A stretch of DNA of 64,000 nt from Candidatus Enterousia sp. (GTDB lineage: Bacteria; Pseudomonadota; Alphaproteobacteria; Rs-D84): NCBI GenBank assembly GCA_045647355.1, contig JAZRMF010000005.1, positions 101,763 through 165,762 on the forward strand. The letters run 5' to 3'. How positions within the stretch are numbered: the stretch's first letter is position 1; the number at the start of each line of letters is the position of its first letter. The notes under the pieces are model-generated. The model ran no database searches, had not been told where the DNA came from, and saw nothing but the letters and a program-made list of their open reading frames with translations. A program made the position numbers and the translations under genes. Shown in pieces: positions 19,273 through 30,042 of this stretch.

Positions 19273-20961
19273 TTATTTCTTGCTGTTTTCAATGGCGGCA
19301 CCAAGGATGTCACCCAAAACAGAACCGCTGTCTGCTTCGTTGGCATATTCTTTAACCGCCTGTTTTTCCAATGTGACCTGTAATGCACGGATGGACAATT
19401 TAACATTGTTCCCTTCAACAGACACCACAGATGCTTCGACCGTGTCACCAACCTTGAACTTGGATGTATCCTGTTCAGATTTTTCACGTGACAGATCGGT
19501 ACGACGAATTGTTCCTTTGATATCGTTTGGCAATTCCAAAATCAATTCGTCTGGGGTGACTTCGGATACAGTACCCGAAACAACCGCACCTTTCTTGATA
19601 GATGCCGCATTGTTATCCGCACCGGCGGTCAATTGTTTGATACCCAATGTGACGCGTTCTTTTTCCGGATTGATATCCAAAATCTTGGCGGTCACTTCTT
19701 GGCCACGAACGAATTTCTTTAATTCTTCTTCGTCCAAACGGTTCCAAGACAAATCAGAGATATGAACCATACCGTCTAATTCTGGGGTCAACGCAACGAA
19801 CAAACCGAATTCAGTTGTGTTCTTGATTGGGCCAGTGATAATGTCGCCAACGTTGTGTGTTTCGGCAAATTGCTTCCACGGATTTGGTTGCAATTGTTTA
19901 TAGCCCAACGAGATACGACGTTTTTCTTGGTCGATATCCAAAACCATAACATTGACTTCTTGGCCATTTTGCAAAACTTTCGATGGGTGAATATTTTTGT
20001 TTGTCCATGACAATTCAGACATATGAACCAAACCTTCGATATTGTTGCCCAAATCGATAAATGCACCATAATCGGTGACCGAAGAAACTTTCCCGGTAAC
20101 TGTATCGCCAACGTTGAATGCACGTGACGCAGTTTCCCATGGGTCTTCTTCTAATTGTTTTGCACCCAATGAAATGCGGTGTGATTCTGGGTCAAATTGA
20201 ATAACTTTGACTTTGATTTTTTCGCCGACATGAACCAATTCACGCGGGTGATTAACACGTTTCCAAGACAAATCGGTAACGTGTAACAAACCATCAATTC
20301 CGCCAAGGTCAATAAACACACCGTAATCGGTAATGTTCTTCACAGTACCTTCCAACACTGCGCCAAGTTCGATATTCTTTAACGCTTCTTTTTGGGCAGC
20401 AGCAATTGTGTCAGATTGAATCGCGCGACGTGAAACAATTGCGTTTGTACGCAAAGCATCCATCTTTAATACGCGGAATTTGTCTTTCAACCCAATCAGA
20501 GATTTCGCATCACGAACCGGTTTATGGTCAACCTGGGATGATGGCATAAATGCGAATACACCGTTAATATCAACGGTATAACCACCACGGACGACTTCGA
20601 TAATTGTACCTTCGGGATCAATACCTTCGGCAACAGTCTTTTCCAATTCTTTCCATGCCTTTTCTGCACGTGCCTTGGCATAGGACAGAACCGCCGTACC
20701 TTCGCGTGATTCATAGCGTTCAACAAAAACGTCAATGATATCACCAACGGCCGGCACAGATGCGCCAAATTCCTTTAATGGAACGCGACCTTCGGATTTA
20801 AGGCCGACATCGACCATCGCAAAGTCACCACGAATATCTTTCACAGTTCCCTTGGTCGCATAGCCTTGCAATGTTTCTTGTTTGCCATAGTTTTCATCAA
20901 ACATTTTGACGAAATCTTCGTTGGCGATTGGATTAAATAAATCTTTGGATAAATCTTTCAT
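19273..20961 (-). CDS. rpsA: 30S ribosomal protein S1
   Basis: six tandem S1 RNA-binding domains, 562 aa. Confidence 0.9.
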   Translation of the reverse strand: MKDLSKDLFNPIANEDFVKMFDENYGKQETLQGYATKGTVKDIRGDFAMVDVGLKSEGRVPLKEFGASVPAVGDIIDVFVERYESREGTAVLSYAKARAEKAWKELEKTVAEGIDPEGTIIEVVRGGYTVDINGVFAFMPSSQVDHKPVRDAKSLIGLKDKFRVLKMDALRTNAIVSRRAIQSDTIAAAQKEALKNIELGAVLEGTVKNITDYGVFIDLGGIDGLLHVTDLSWKRVNHPRELVHVGEKIKVKVIQFDPESHRISLGAKQLEEDPWETASRAFNVGDTVTGKVSSVTDYGAFIDLGNNIEGLVHMSELSWTNKNIHPSKVLQNGQEVNVMVLDIDQEKRRISLGYKQLQPNPWKQFAETHNVGDIITGPIKNTTEFGLFVALTPELDGMVHISDLSWNRLDEEELKKFVRGQEVTAKILDINPEKERVTLGIKQLTAGADNNAASIKKGAVVSGTVSEVTPDELILELPNDIKGTIRRTDLSREKSEQDTSKFKVGDTVEASVVSVEGNNVKLSIRALQVTLEKQAVKEYANEADSGSVLGDILGAAIENSKK

Positions 20962-21143
20962 TTAGAATTCATACAAAGTTTGCCATCGCAGCCATATTTT
21001 ATTAGAAAAACCGCGAGGTCTTGCGGGGTTAATCGGACTGATTCCATGCCCGCCCACGAAATCAGCACCGATTATATAGACTTTTTTGACAAAAATCAAG
21101 TATTATCATAAAAAATCTGTTTACAACCCTGCTCTTTTGTAAT

Positions 21144-21941
21144 ATGGTGTTTGGTATGAAAAGAATAATTATTATCACAGGGGCCAGTTCAGGTATGGGC
21201 GCAGAATTCGCCCGCCAGATTTATGCCCAAAAATCAACAAATGGCATGGAAATGTGGCTGATTGCGCGCGAAGCCGATAAATTGGCCGAATTCGCCGCAA
21301 CCCTTGCCGGTAAAAATATAACGGTGCGTACATTTGCGTTTGATTTGTCTGGGGCGGATGGTGCAAAACGCGTTAAAGAAATCTTGGATGCCGAAAAAGG
21401 CAAGTTTGTTGTAGATTTACTGATAAACAATGCTGGATTTGGAACATACGGACCATTTGCGGAAACCGACCCTGCGCGTGAAATGGCAATGATAGATTTA
21501 AATTGCACGTCATTGACGGGAATTTGCGGTTTCGTATTGCCACACATGCAACGTGGCTCTCATATAATAAACGTGGCAAGTTTGGCGGCATTTTTGCCAC
21601 TGGGGAATTTTGCGGTATATGCCGCGACAAAATCATACGTATTATCATTTAGCATGGCATTGGCCGCAGAATTAAAAGAAAGTGGCATATCGGTATGCGC
21701 ACTGTGTCCCGGCAGTGTCAGCACCAATTTCGCCAACGTTGCAAGTAATGGCAAACGGCGTGAGGTTCTGCACGGACGCGACCCGCGCAAAGTCGTGGCT
21801 CATTGTCTGCGCGCAAGTCGTCGCGGTCACAAGGTTGCACTGTGGGCACCAAAATGGAAAGTGACGGCATTTCTGTCGCGTTTCATCGGCCGGTATATTG
21901 GTGCACGTTTTACATACCTGTTCAACAAACGCCCACACTAG
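21144..21941 (+). CDS. SDR family short-chain dehydrogenase/reductase
   Basis: TGASSGMG cofactor motif, NNAG, catalytic YAATKSY. Confidence 0.8.
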   Translation: MVFGMKRIIIITGASSGMGAEFARQIYAQKSTNGMEMWLIAREADKLAEFAATLAGKNITVRTFAFDLSGADGAKRVKEILDAEKGKFVVDLLINNAGFGTYGPFAETDPAREMAMIDLNCTSLTGICGFVLPHMQRGSHIINVASLAAFLPLGNFAVYAATKSYVLSFSMALAAELKESGISVCALCPGSVSTNFANVASNGKRREVLHGRDPRKVVAHCLRASRRGHKVALWAPKWKVTAFLSRFIGRYIGARFTYLFNKRPH

Positions 21942-21943
21942 AA

Positions 21944-23395
21944 TTACATAGTTTTTTCAAATCGCCGAACCATTGGGTTCCATTTGACCACTTGGGTTCT
22001 GATACATTCTGCCTGGTATCTCAAAATACTTTCATACAATTCTTGAACGGACTTTGTTGGATTTTTGAACAAGCCATAAATATAATTTACATCCAAATTT
22101 TCGGCCTGGGCCAATTTCAGACAGCCTGCTTGTACCTGCTCGTTTTGATATTTTAATTCTGTAACGGTCATAAAATTATTAATCAATTTTTTCAAATCAT
22201 TATATATCGTTTGTATTTGGGCGCTCGGCTTTTTAAGTTGTTGATACATAGAATCTAATGTCATACCGTTGCCACCGAACCGATAATTTCTGCTGTTGCA
22301 TTCTTCCTTGAACGCGCAGAACAATGCCAACTGTTGAATTGCCGGTGTTTGGTATTTTATATCACCAATATTATCGGGGTGCGTAATTATCGCCTTGCGT
22401 TCAACCCTTTCACCGGGACTTGACGGGTTAATTATATGAATACCGTTTAAATCCTTATAGATTATTGGTTTTTTCGTATTTGTACTATCGTACATATATT
22501 TGATAGCGTGAATATTATCCGACCACCCGACTGCATTTAATCTGAATGTTTCTAATTCTTTTGGGGTTAAACAGGTGCGTTGTTCTTCAACTTTTTTCAC
22601 CAAATCTTCCAGAACCATTTGGGGCCAATAGTCATTAGCACCATAATCATTTTCTATCATGCGTTTTTTATTAATTTGTGACAAACGTAATACACCAAAA
22701 ATCAACGCTTCTACTTCTGCACGCAGTGTTCTATATTGTGGTTTGACCAACAAAATATCTTGGATACTATTTTTGCGTCTGGTATGTACGCATACCCTGT
22801 TCACGATATCTGGATCGGGTGCGTCAATATATTTAATTGCCCGTGGGTCTCTTTCACACACCGTAAATTGCAAGGATACCGATGGTTTCGCACACCGACT
22901 GATTAACCACGGTTTTTCATATAAAACCAATCGTATTTCGGCATCAGGCATTATATTTTCGGCCGGATTTGTTAACTTATTACATTCCAACATGCGTTTC
23001 GTCAAAAAATCCTGTAATTGCCGATATTGCGACATAAAATCTGCGGAATCCCGCATATCACGCAAAACATAAATATACCCATAAACCCTTAGGTCATTTG
23101 CACTATGTTCTGTTTTACATTTTTCAACCAAGTGATGATAATTATCCAAAAAATTTTGCATTTGAAAACAGAGTGCCGATGTGTCCAACTTTTCGGTCAG
23201 TTTGCCAGTTTGTCTGTTGGTTTCGTAAACTGTACACATACGCAATATATCTTTTATTAAATCGCGCAAATTACTATACTTAAAATATTCTTTTTTATCT
23301 GGAAAAACCTCTTTTACATACTCTTTGCGTCTCTCTTTCTCCCACCAGGTCAAATCATTGCTCATATTGGAATCCTTTTGATAGCCATAATTCAT
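21944..23395 (-). CDS. hypothetical protein (no recognisable domain)
   Basis: long ORF, coding-like composition; likely start further in at MSNDLTWW. Confidence 0.4.
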   Translation of the reverse strand: MNYGYQKDSNMSNDLTWWEKERRKEYVKEVFPDKKEYFKYSNLRDLIKDILRMCTVYETNRQTGKLTEKLDTSALCFQMQNFLDNYHHLVEKCKTEHSANDLRVYGYIYVLRDMRDSADFMSQYRQLQDFLTKRMLECNKLTNPAENIMPDAEIRLVLYEKPWLISRCAKPSVSLQFTVCERDPRAIKYIDAPDPDIVNRVCVHTRRKNSIQDILLVKPQYRTLRAEVEALIFGVLRLSQINKKRMIENDYGANDYWPQMVLEDLVKKVEEQRTCLTPKELETFRLNAVGWSDNIHAIKYMYDSTNTKKPIIYKDLNGIHIINPSSPGERVERKAIITHPDNIGDIKYQTPAIQQLALFCAFKEECNSRNYRFGGNGMTLDSMYQQLKKPSAQIQTIYNDLKKLINNFMTVTELKYQNEQVQAGCLKLAQAENLDVNYIYGLFKNPTKSVQELYESILRYQAECIRTQVVKWNPMVRRFEKTM

Positions 23396-23480
23396 AATAC
23401 ACTAAATGTGCAACTTGTCAATATTATCTTGATTTTTCACATAATGCACCTTAGAATGTACCTAACCCAAGGATGACATA

Positions 23481-24077
23481 ATGCCACACTATTATAACCA
23501 AAAGTATCCTTATTTACAGTACAGTTATTGTGATACGGATTGGTTCCATATAATGTTTTCGATTCCACCAAAGTTATTGGCGACCAAATTTGAACAGACG
23601 TTTGGATATGCCCCGAAAAGTTTTTTCGATTGTGGTGCGGCAACGGGTAAAATTGTTATGCTTGCACAAGAGTTGGGGATGGACGCACGCGGAATCGACA
23701 TAAAAGAATATCCACAGCAATCCGACATTCCAAGAGAATTATTTAAAACCGGCAAAATACAAATTAAATCGATACTTGATTGCGAACCGATAAAATCTGA
23801 TTTGGCGTTTTGCAACGGCACGTTAACATACTTTTCCGAAAACGAATTGCCGCATGTATTAGATAAATTCAAATACGTAAAAATGCTCTGTGCAATACAT
23901 AACACAACCGAAGATATTGTGGCGGCACGCAACAATGGTGATGAATTAACCGACCCCAAGAAACCCCGGCTTATTAAACCGCAACAATGGTGGATGGAAA
24001 CATTTGATAAAAATGGATTTAAAACAGAATACGATACTGCATTACAATGTTTCTGCGCCGTGCCACAATCACGATAA
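23481..24077 (+). CDS. putative class I SAM-dependent methyltransferase
   Basis: motif I-like FFDCGAATGKIVMLA; weak. Confidence 0.4.
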   Translation: MPHYYNQKYPYLQYSYCDTDWFHIMFSIPPKLLATKFEQTFGYAPKSFFDCGAATGKIVMLAQELGMDARGIDIKEYPQQSDIPRELFKTGKIQIKSILDCEPIKSDLAFCNGTLTYFSENELPHVLDKFKYVKMLCAIHNTTEDIVAARNNGDELTDPKKPRLIKPQQWWMETFDKNGFKTEYDTALQCFCAVPQSR

Positions 24078-24081
24078 ATGT

Positions 24082-24690
24082 TTATTTGTTATGCGCGGCA
24101 TCATATAACAAATTCAAAGTCCGCAACATGTCTGGCGTTGCCTCGACTGGTTGAAAAATTGCACATTGTGTGTCATTAGCCGCCAAAAGATAATTTATTT
24201 TATCAGTATCGGGCATATCGTAGGCAAACGGTATCTGGACAACCCCAGGTGCAACATTATACGCAATTGCGGGGAATCCATTATTATATTTTGAATCAGA
24301 TGGCAGAACCGCTATATTCACACCACCGTCTGTAAAGCACGTTGGGTATTGGGACGCCCAAGAAAATAAACCAGTTCCACGGGTCACAATATCACTGTAC
24401 AGACGCCCCGCCCTATCAGAAAGCGCATGCGGTGAAATGGTTTGCAAAATCGCATTAATTGCAACAGTGCTTGGTATCAACACATATGTTTGCCGTATTA
24501 TTGTCGTCCACGCTTGTTTGGCCAAGATGGTCCTATCCCAATTTACCTTTGGAAATATCTGCGAAACCTTTTGCACGTATTCCAATTTCATTTTGGTATT
24601 GGCGTCATTTATTTCTTGAATAAGCGTGATATTTGACATCTTGGCACATCCATTATCAATAAAATTAGCGTTTTTTCCCAAACGGTTCAT
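24082..24690 (-). CDS. hypothetical protein, paralog pair member
   Basis: shares C-terminal motif AYNVAPGVVQIPFAYD with next ORF (GGYNIAPGVVKIYIPTD). Confidence 0.4.
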   Translation of the reverse strand: MNRLGKNANFIDNGCAKMSNITLIQEINDANTKMKLEYVQKVSQIFPKVNWDRTILAKQAWTTIIRQTYVLIPSTVAINAILQTISPHALSDRAGRLYSDIVTRGTGLFSWASQYPTCFTDGGVNIAVLPSDSKYNNGFPAIAYNVAPGVVQIPFAYDMPDTDKINYLLAANDTQCAIFQPVEATPDMLRTLNLLYDAAHNK

Positions 24691-25438
24691 AAAATGGGAT
24701 GTTGCACCGCTGCGCCAATGCTTTATATTCGTCTTTCAATTTTGGCACAAATTCTATAACCGCCGCCCATGCCATAGATTGTGACACCAACTTTTCATCC
24801 AAAGCGCACGCATTTGCATTATCTGTCGGTATATATATCTTTACTACCCCGGGCGCAATATTATATCCCCCAACGGTCCAACCGTTATTAAGTTCGTTTT
24901 TACGACGATCTGTGGGATTCCACACAAATTTTTGCCCTTTGGGCGCAAAAAATAATTCATTTGCGCGCTGGTCAAAGGGCCTGAACCAGCGCCCCAAGTG
25001 TACAAAATTACATAAAAGGCTTGTCATATCTTCTTTATGGAGTTGTTTGTACAAAAACACTTGTGCCGCAATATTATATTCCATTTCGCGCTCTGTTCGT
25101 ACTCTGAAATCGCAGTAGTAACGGTTTTCTTCATCCCGTTTGCAATAGTAATTTTGATTATCTAATGAATAAAAGTCGGCCCGCGCAAAGGAACTGGCGA
25201 TATAGTGTATAGCATTTGGAACCCGGATAGCGTACAATTCCGAATTATTTTGGCCGCTTTTATCCGTGGAAACCATTTTCTCGATTTTTCTTATGATATA
25301 CGCCCATGGTTTTTTACATAATTCTTCTGGCTCATAATTACCCGGCAGAATATTTTTATTGGACATGATTTGCGTGAACATATACTTTTCGCGTTCACAC
25401 TCCGCATTAATCCGCTTTATGATATCATCGTTTGACAT
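24665..25438 (-). CDS. hypothetical protein, paralog pair member
   Basis: see previous; 26-nt overlap suggests co-translation. Confidence 0.4.
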   Translation of the reverse strand: MSNDDIIKRINAECEREKYMFTQIMSNKNILPGNYEPEELCKKPWAYIIRKIEKMVSTDKSGQNNSELYAIRVPNAIHYIASSFARADFYSLDNQNYYCKRDEENRYYCDFRVRTEREMEYNIAAQVFLYKQLHKEDMTSLLCNFVHLGRWFRPFDQRANELFFAPKGQKFVWNPTDRRKNELNNGWTVGGYNIAPGVVKIYIPTDNANACALDEKLVSQSMAWAAVIEFVPKLKDEYKALAQRCNIPFYEPFGKKR

Positions 25439-25523
25439 TTTGATGCCTTTGTTTTATAAAAACAATGCTGGAAACATTAACACAACATATAATAATGTCA
25501 ATAAAAATGCATATACCTTATCG

Positions 25524-25991
25524 TTAATCAGTTGCAGTGCCCTTGATAATTTGTTGAGCATAATATTCAAAACTGGTTGTTTTGCCGTCTTGTAATCTGA
25601 CATCACATTCTTGTTCGGTTTCTGGGTTCAAATACAGCGCCTTGACCATTAATAAATATGCCTTGTAAAACCATTGCCTGGTTTCCGCATCCGGATGCTT
25701 AAACCCGATAATTTCACAACAATAACAAATATGCATATAGAAATGCACCGGGTATTTATTGCGTAATTTTGCAAAGACCGCAACCGCATCTAATGGAATA
25801 TCATCCTGCATAAATTTCGTTTTATCATCGGCGGCATTATTCAATATCGTACAGCGAATTTTTCTAATAACTGTTTTTGACACATCATCATTATAACTGC
25901 CGTCACCACCACGAAGCGCAGTTAAAAGTATACTCTGTTGTTTCATACTGATATTATCATTGAACACCCAGTTTTGTATTACAGAAGCCAT
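25524..25991 (-). CDS. hypothetical protein (last gene of packed operon)
   Basis: starts 1 nt after GT9 gene stop. Confidence 0.4.
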   Translation of the reverse strand: MASVIQNWVFNDNISMKQQSILLTALRGGDGSYNDDVSKTVIRKIRCTILNNAADDKTKFMQDDIPLDAVAVFAKLRNKYPVHFYMHICYCCEIIGFKHPDAETRQWFYKAYLLMVKALYLNPETEQECDVRLQDGKTTSFEYYAQQIIKGTATD

Positions 25992-25992
25992 T

Positions 25993-27513
25993 TTATTTAA
26001 CCTTTTTATAACATGTTAATTTGTGTTTTGCCCCCAAACACTTGCTCAACCAGGCTAAACGTATATTGTGAATTAACGAAAAATGCCATGAACAAAAGTT
26101 GTATGGTATTTTGGGCAGATGATAATTTGGCGATTGAATAAAACGTATAATATCCAATACAGACTTAAAATCTTGCTTCACGTGGCATGGTATTACAACC
26201 GGTAATTGGCATGGGTTGGAACTGCAAAAAGACAACGGAGATTCTGCGGCAAGAGATTGTATAGATAAAGCATCCCAAAAGCCAGATTTAAAAATCACAA
26301 TATTTTTAATGCCGCACTTTGTTGCCACATGCGTCAGTGCGGTATCAGGCGTCACTATTAAATCAATATTATTTAATTGTATCTGATTGATTAAATCATA
26401 AAAGCCATCATCTTTTAATCTTTCCAATTTCAAGACTTTTGACACATTGGCACTAAAATCTTTGGTTTGCGCATCGTGTCCAAACGGAATAATTATACCA
26501 AGATTATTAAAATGCGCCCTAAGTTGTTGAACAAGACAATCCAATTCTGAAATTGACAAACTTTTTTGATCAGAGGAAGAAAATGGATTTATGTAAATAC
26601 GTTTGATTTTGTTTGCCGTTATGTTTCGTGCATGATGCGGGAATATTGGCTTTACCAGGGACGAAACACACCGTTTCATATAAGGGAATATGTTTCCCTC
26701 AGCCAGTAAAACATCCGGAATATTTTTCATTGCAAAATACTGAATAGAATTACCCCGACGAACAAAAAAATAATTACGACTGTTTACTATATATATACCA
26801 TCCTTTGCATAATTGACGGCAAAATCATGAAGCCACGCATCATCTATATCTAACAAATCAGAAAAAACATATATACCATTATCTGGGATGCGCGCCCATG
26901 CATCTAAATCCTTGGCATCATAAAAACCCGATAATTGCCGAAATTGTTTTGATAGCACAACCTTTTTCTTTACGTTAAAAGACCGTGCAAAAACATCCAA
27001 CATATATGTACTTAGAAAAGAATCCCCTATGAAACGGTATAAATCAATATAATATAAAACGTCATGGTTGATGTTTTTTAATTCGCGAGCCAAGGCATGC
27101 CTTAGCCCATATTTGGTTTTGTAAAATTTGGCAACAAAATTCGTATTCTTTTGCAATTTTTGTATTAGATTTGCACGTTGTGCCAATCTTAACTTACCGC
27201 CCCGAATATAATATGATACTTGGAATCCTTGGTATGAAGTTTCAGAACAAATCTTGGTTATAATCGGGAAAGGGTATCCTAAACACATATAATTGTGTGC
27301 ATCTGATGATTTCCGTATTGTGATTACATAGTCAGTTCCAACGGTTATCAAACGGTAATCTATACGATTCTTTTTCATATATCGTACCGCTCGATCACTA
27401 ATACCTATTAACGTTGGTAATTTTTGCTCTAAACAAACAAAAAGCTCCCTGACCTGTTTATCAGACAGAGAGCTTTGTTCGAATTTAGAAACGTTTACGT
27501 GAAACCTAGACAT
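25993..27513 (-). CDS. glycosyltransferase family 9 (heptosyltransferase-like) domain protein with extended N-terminus
   Basis: C-terminal DLIVTPDTALTHVATKCGIKNIVIF and CSSNPCQLPVVIPCH resemble GT9 donor-binding and Cys cluster. Confidence 0.55.
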   Translation of the reverse strand: MSRFHVNVSKFEQSSLSDKQVRELFVCLEQKLPTLIGISDRAVRYMKKNRIDYRLITVGTDYVITIRKSSDAHNYMCLGYPFPIITKICSETSYQGFQVSYYIRGGKLRLAQRANLIQKLQKNTNFVAKFYKTKYGLRHALARELKNINHDVLYYIDLYRFIGDSFLSTYMLDVFARSFNVKKKVVLSKQFRQLSGFYDAKDLDAWARIPDNGIYVFSDLLDIDDAWLHDFAVNYAKDGIYIVNSRNYFFVRRGNSIQYFAMKNIPDVLLAEGNIFPYMKRCVSSLVKPIFPHHARNITANKIKRIYINPFSSSDQKSLSISELDCLVQQLRAHFNNLGIIIPFGHDAQTKDFSANVSKVLKLERLKDDGFYDLINQIQLNNIDLIVTPDTALTHVATKCGIKNIVIFKSGFWDALSIQSLAAESPLSFCSSNPCQLPVVIPCHVKQDFKSVLDIIRFIQSPNYHLPKIPYNFCSWHFSLIHNIRLAWLSKCLGAKHKLTCYKKVK

Positions 27514-28225
27514 TATTGACCAACTTTATAAATTCTTCTTTGGTATATTCTATATCTGGTTGAAAATCCGCATGTGAACCGTTATGAAAAACATAATATG
27601 GTCTGGTGCCAATAACTTTGACCGTGTCACCATTTATATACAGGCTGTCTTCTTCGGGTAATGCCAACACAGGTGTATTTTTTGAATATTCCGTTAAATA
27701 GTCCGTTGCTTTTTTGGTCTTTTCGGCATCTTTGTTTGTATAGTGCGCGGTAAAAGAGAAACCAAAAACGGCATTAAATCCACTGGTATTTGCCAATTTA
27801 ACGTTATTTTCATCCATGTACAAGCAAGAATCTATATCTTGACCAAAAATAATTGCACCCGCACTGCACCCATAAATCACGCCGCCAGCGTTCATATATT
27901 CTGTTAACCAATCAAACGCAGGGCTTGCTTTCAATTCTTGTAATAATTTATACGTATTACCACCGCCAATGAACACACCACCAAAATCAGATATATTTTT
28001 CTCAGATATATCAGACGCAGAACGCAATACCACAATTTCCCCATGCTTTATATTTTTGAATTCGCCCTCTAGCCATGTTTTACAACTTTCATAATTATCA
28101 GTACCGCAATCCCGCGCCAAAGGGATATACAAAAGAGGTTTTGATGCATCCACCAATGATTCAAACAATTTGTTTGGTATAACCGTTTTTTCGGCCCAAC
28201 CGCCACCACATAAAATTAATTTCAT
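27506..28225 (-). CDS. peptidase S51 (dipeptidase E / cyanophycinase-like) family protein
   Basis: GGGNTYKLL and catalytic-Ser context IYGCSAGAII. Confidence 0.6.
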   Translation of the reverse strand: MKLILCGGGWAEKTVIPNKLFESLVDASKPLLYIPLARDCGTDNYESCKTWLEGEFKNIKHGEIVVLRSASDISEKNISDFGGVFIGGGNTYKLLQELKASPAFDWLTEYMNAGGVIYGCSAGAIIFGQDIDSCLYMDENNVKLANTSGFNAVFGFSFTAHYTNKDAEKTKKATDYLTEYSKNTPVLALPEEDSLYINGDTVKVIGTRPYYVFHNGSHADFQPDIEYTKEEFIKLVNNV

Positions 28226-29115
28226 AATATCTCCTTTATACTTTCAGAAAACATTTTAGCCTTGTTTATATAATATTCCACCCTTTTATTAATTTGATAA
28301 TTATTTTTTTCATACCTAAACCACAAATCATACAGCATATAAATAATTGCGTAATTTTTTATGGTTTCCATATCATTATCATTTACGGCACCGATTTGTC
28401 GCATCATATTAAATATTTTCGGACGCGCATATAAAAAACTTGCCGCATCATATAACGGATCAAATGCAATGGGATGATCAATATCTATTACACCTGCCAA
28501 TTTATCGTTGGCATTAAATATGTAATTCTTTTCGTTAGGGTCTAAAATTAAAAACCTGGCATTATCTGTATAGCGGTACTTGTTTGCAAAATATTTTATG
28601 GCAGAATCGATATCAATATCTATTTCGAATAATTTTTGTACTTCGCGGGCTTTCATAACCAGATGTTCCAAATATTCCTGCCATGTATCCACCTGTAATT
28701 TTGTGTCAGCAATCGGTCCAAAAAAATTCAGTTTTATATTATGTGCCAATTTAAAAACGGACATCATTGCAGATACATGATTTGTTGTTAAATCCTCAAC
28801 CGAATAATTATTTCCATATATTCTTTTTTCCGCCAGCACACAATAATTCGGGACAAGTTCCCCAGGACCATATATATGCACAACAGATGCAACCGGCACC
28901 CCAACATTTGCCACCAATTGCAACATATCAGATTCAAATTGAAATCTAGATTTATTTAAGTCTAATCCAAAAGATGAACGCAAAATCTTGTAAATAATTC
29001 CGTCTTTTTCAAATATAGCATGCATATACCCATGCCCAAAATATGTATAGCCATTATCAATGAAATAGCGATAATAAGGTTCCACGGATGGGCTATAAAC
29101 GGAATCTATCGACAT
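28222..29115 (-). CDS. APH/ChoK-like phosphotransferase (kinase-like fold)
   Basis: ILDPNEKN catalytic-loop-like and VIDIDH (DxD) motifs. Confidence 0.45.
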   Translation of the reverse strand: MSIDSVYSPSVEPYYRYFIDNGYTYFGHGYMHAIFEKDGIIYKILRSSFGLDLNKSRFQFESDMLQLVANVGVPVASVVHIYGPGELVPNYCVLAEKRIYGNNYSVEDLTTNHVSAMMSVFKLAHNIKLNFFGPIADTKLQVDTWQEYLEHLVMKAREVQKLFEIDIDIDSAIKYFANKYRYTDNARFLILDPNEKNYIFNANDKLAGVIDIDHPIAFDPLYDAASFLYARPKIFNMMRQIGAVNDNDMETIKNYAIIYMLYDLWFRYEKNNYQINKRVEYYINKAKMFSESIKEIL

Positions 29116-30041
29116 TTGGCAAACGCCTCTTGTACCAAAGGTTTAATATCCGAACCATAATCAGGATACATGGCTTGTATATAAAAATCGATAAGAGCTG
29201 AATAGTCACTAATTTTTGCGTTCATTTCACCATGTATTTTATCGACTGCTTTTATATACTTTTTTAATGTTCTGCCATCCATATGAGATGAATTCGGCAT
29301 AATATTGGAATGTAACATTTCAGATACACATGATATACAATCATAATATTTTAATTCAATTGGTGTATTCGCAACATAAAAATCGTTCAATGGCGATACA
29401 GACATTGTATTTTTTAACGCATATTTTTCCATCAATAGCACTTGCAAAGTTGAAGAACTTTCAATTGCCAAATCTGTACCATTATTTACATATATTGATA
29501 GTACGCATATATTGTTATTTGCATAATAAAATCTGATATTTCTGCCGGTTAGTAAAAAATCGCCACATTGACCAAATTTATTTCTGCACGCATCATCTAC
29601 TATCTGGACATTTTTATACGGTGCCAGAACTTTCAAGAAATCAGCATCGTTACGGTTGACTTTGATTGACAATTTATCAGGGTCAAATTTTACAATATTG
29701 ATAAAAAAATCGTATTGATCCTTTACTATATCTTGCAAGCCCCACAGGTCTTTTAATAATCCGATATTTGTGTATGAAGACGCGTATCGCCCTATTCCGG
29801 GGTCAGTGATATCTGGCAAATATTTTGAATTAACAGATGCTTGAACCAACATGTGCCCGGCATCAGAAATTGGTTTCCCTAGCAAAAATTGTTTAAATAC
29901 ATTCGTGCAAGAACCAATAACAAAAACAGTTGGATCTATTTTTGAATTTAATGGAACGGAAGGTTCTAATGCATAACCACGATTTCCAAAGAAATTCACA
30001 AAATCATCTTGTAATTGATGGTATCTTGCTGTGTATTCCAT
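29106..30041 (-). CDS. alanyl-tRNA synthetase catalytic-domain paralog (standalone, 311 aa)
   Basis: FVNFFGNRGYALEPSVPLNSKIDPTVFVIGSCTNVFKQFLLG parallels AlaRS N-terminus FLDFF.SKGH..V.SSSLVP.NDPTLLFTNAGMNQFK..FLG. Confidence 0.55.
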   Translation of the reverse strand: MEYTARYHQLQDDFVNFFGNRGYALEPSVPLNSKIDPTVFVIGSCTNVFKQFLLGKPISDAGHMLVQASVNSKYLPDITDPGIGRYASSYTNIGLLKDLWGLQDIVKDQYDFFINIVKFDPDKLSIKVNRNDADFLKVLAPYKNVQIVDDACRNKFGQCGDFLLTGRNIRFYYANNNICVLSIYVNNGTDLAIESSSTLQVLLMEKYALKNTMSVSPLNDFYVANTPIELKYYDCISCVSEMLHSNIMPNSSHMDGRTLKKYIKAVDKIHGEMNAKISDYSALIDFYIQAMYPDYGSDIKPLVQEAFAKCR

Positions 30042-30042
30042 A

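Noticed and set aside
20962-21143. Promoter call TTGACA-17-TAAAAA upstream of the SDR gene
   Set aside because: The -10 is weak and an alternative TATTAT has wrong spacing, so it is too uncertain to list as a feature.
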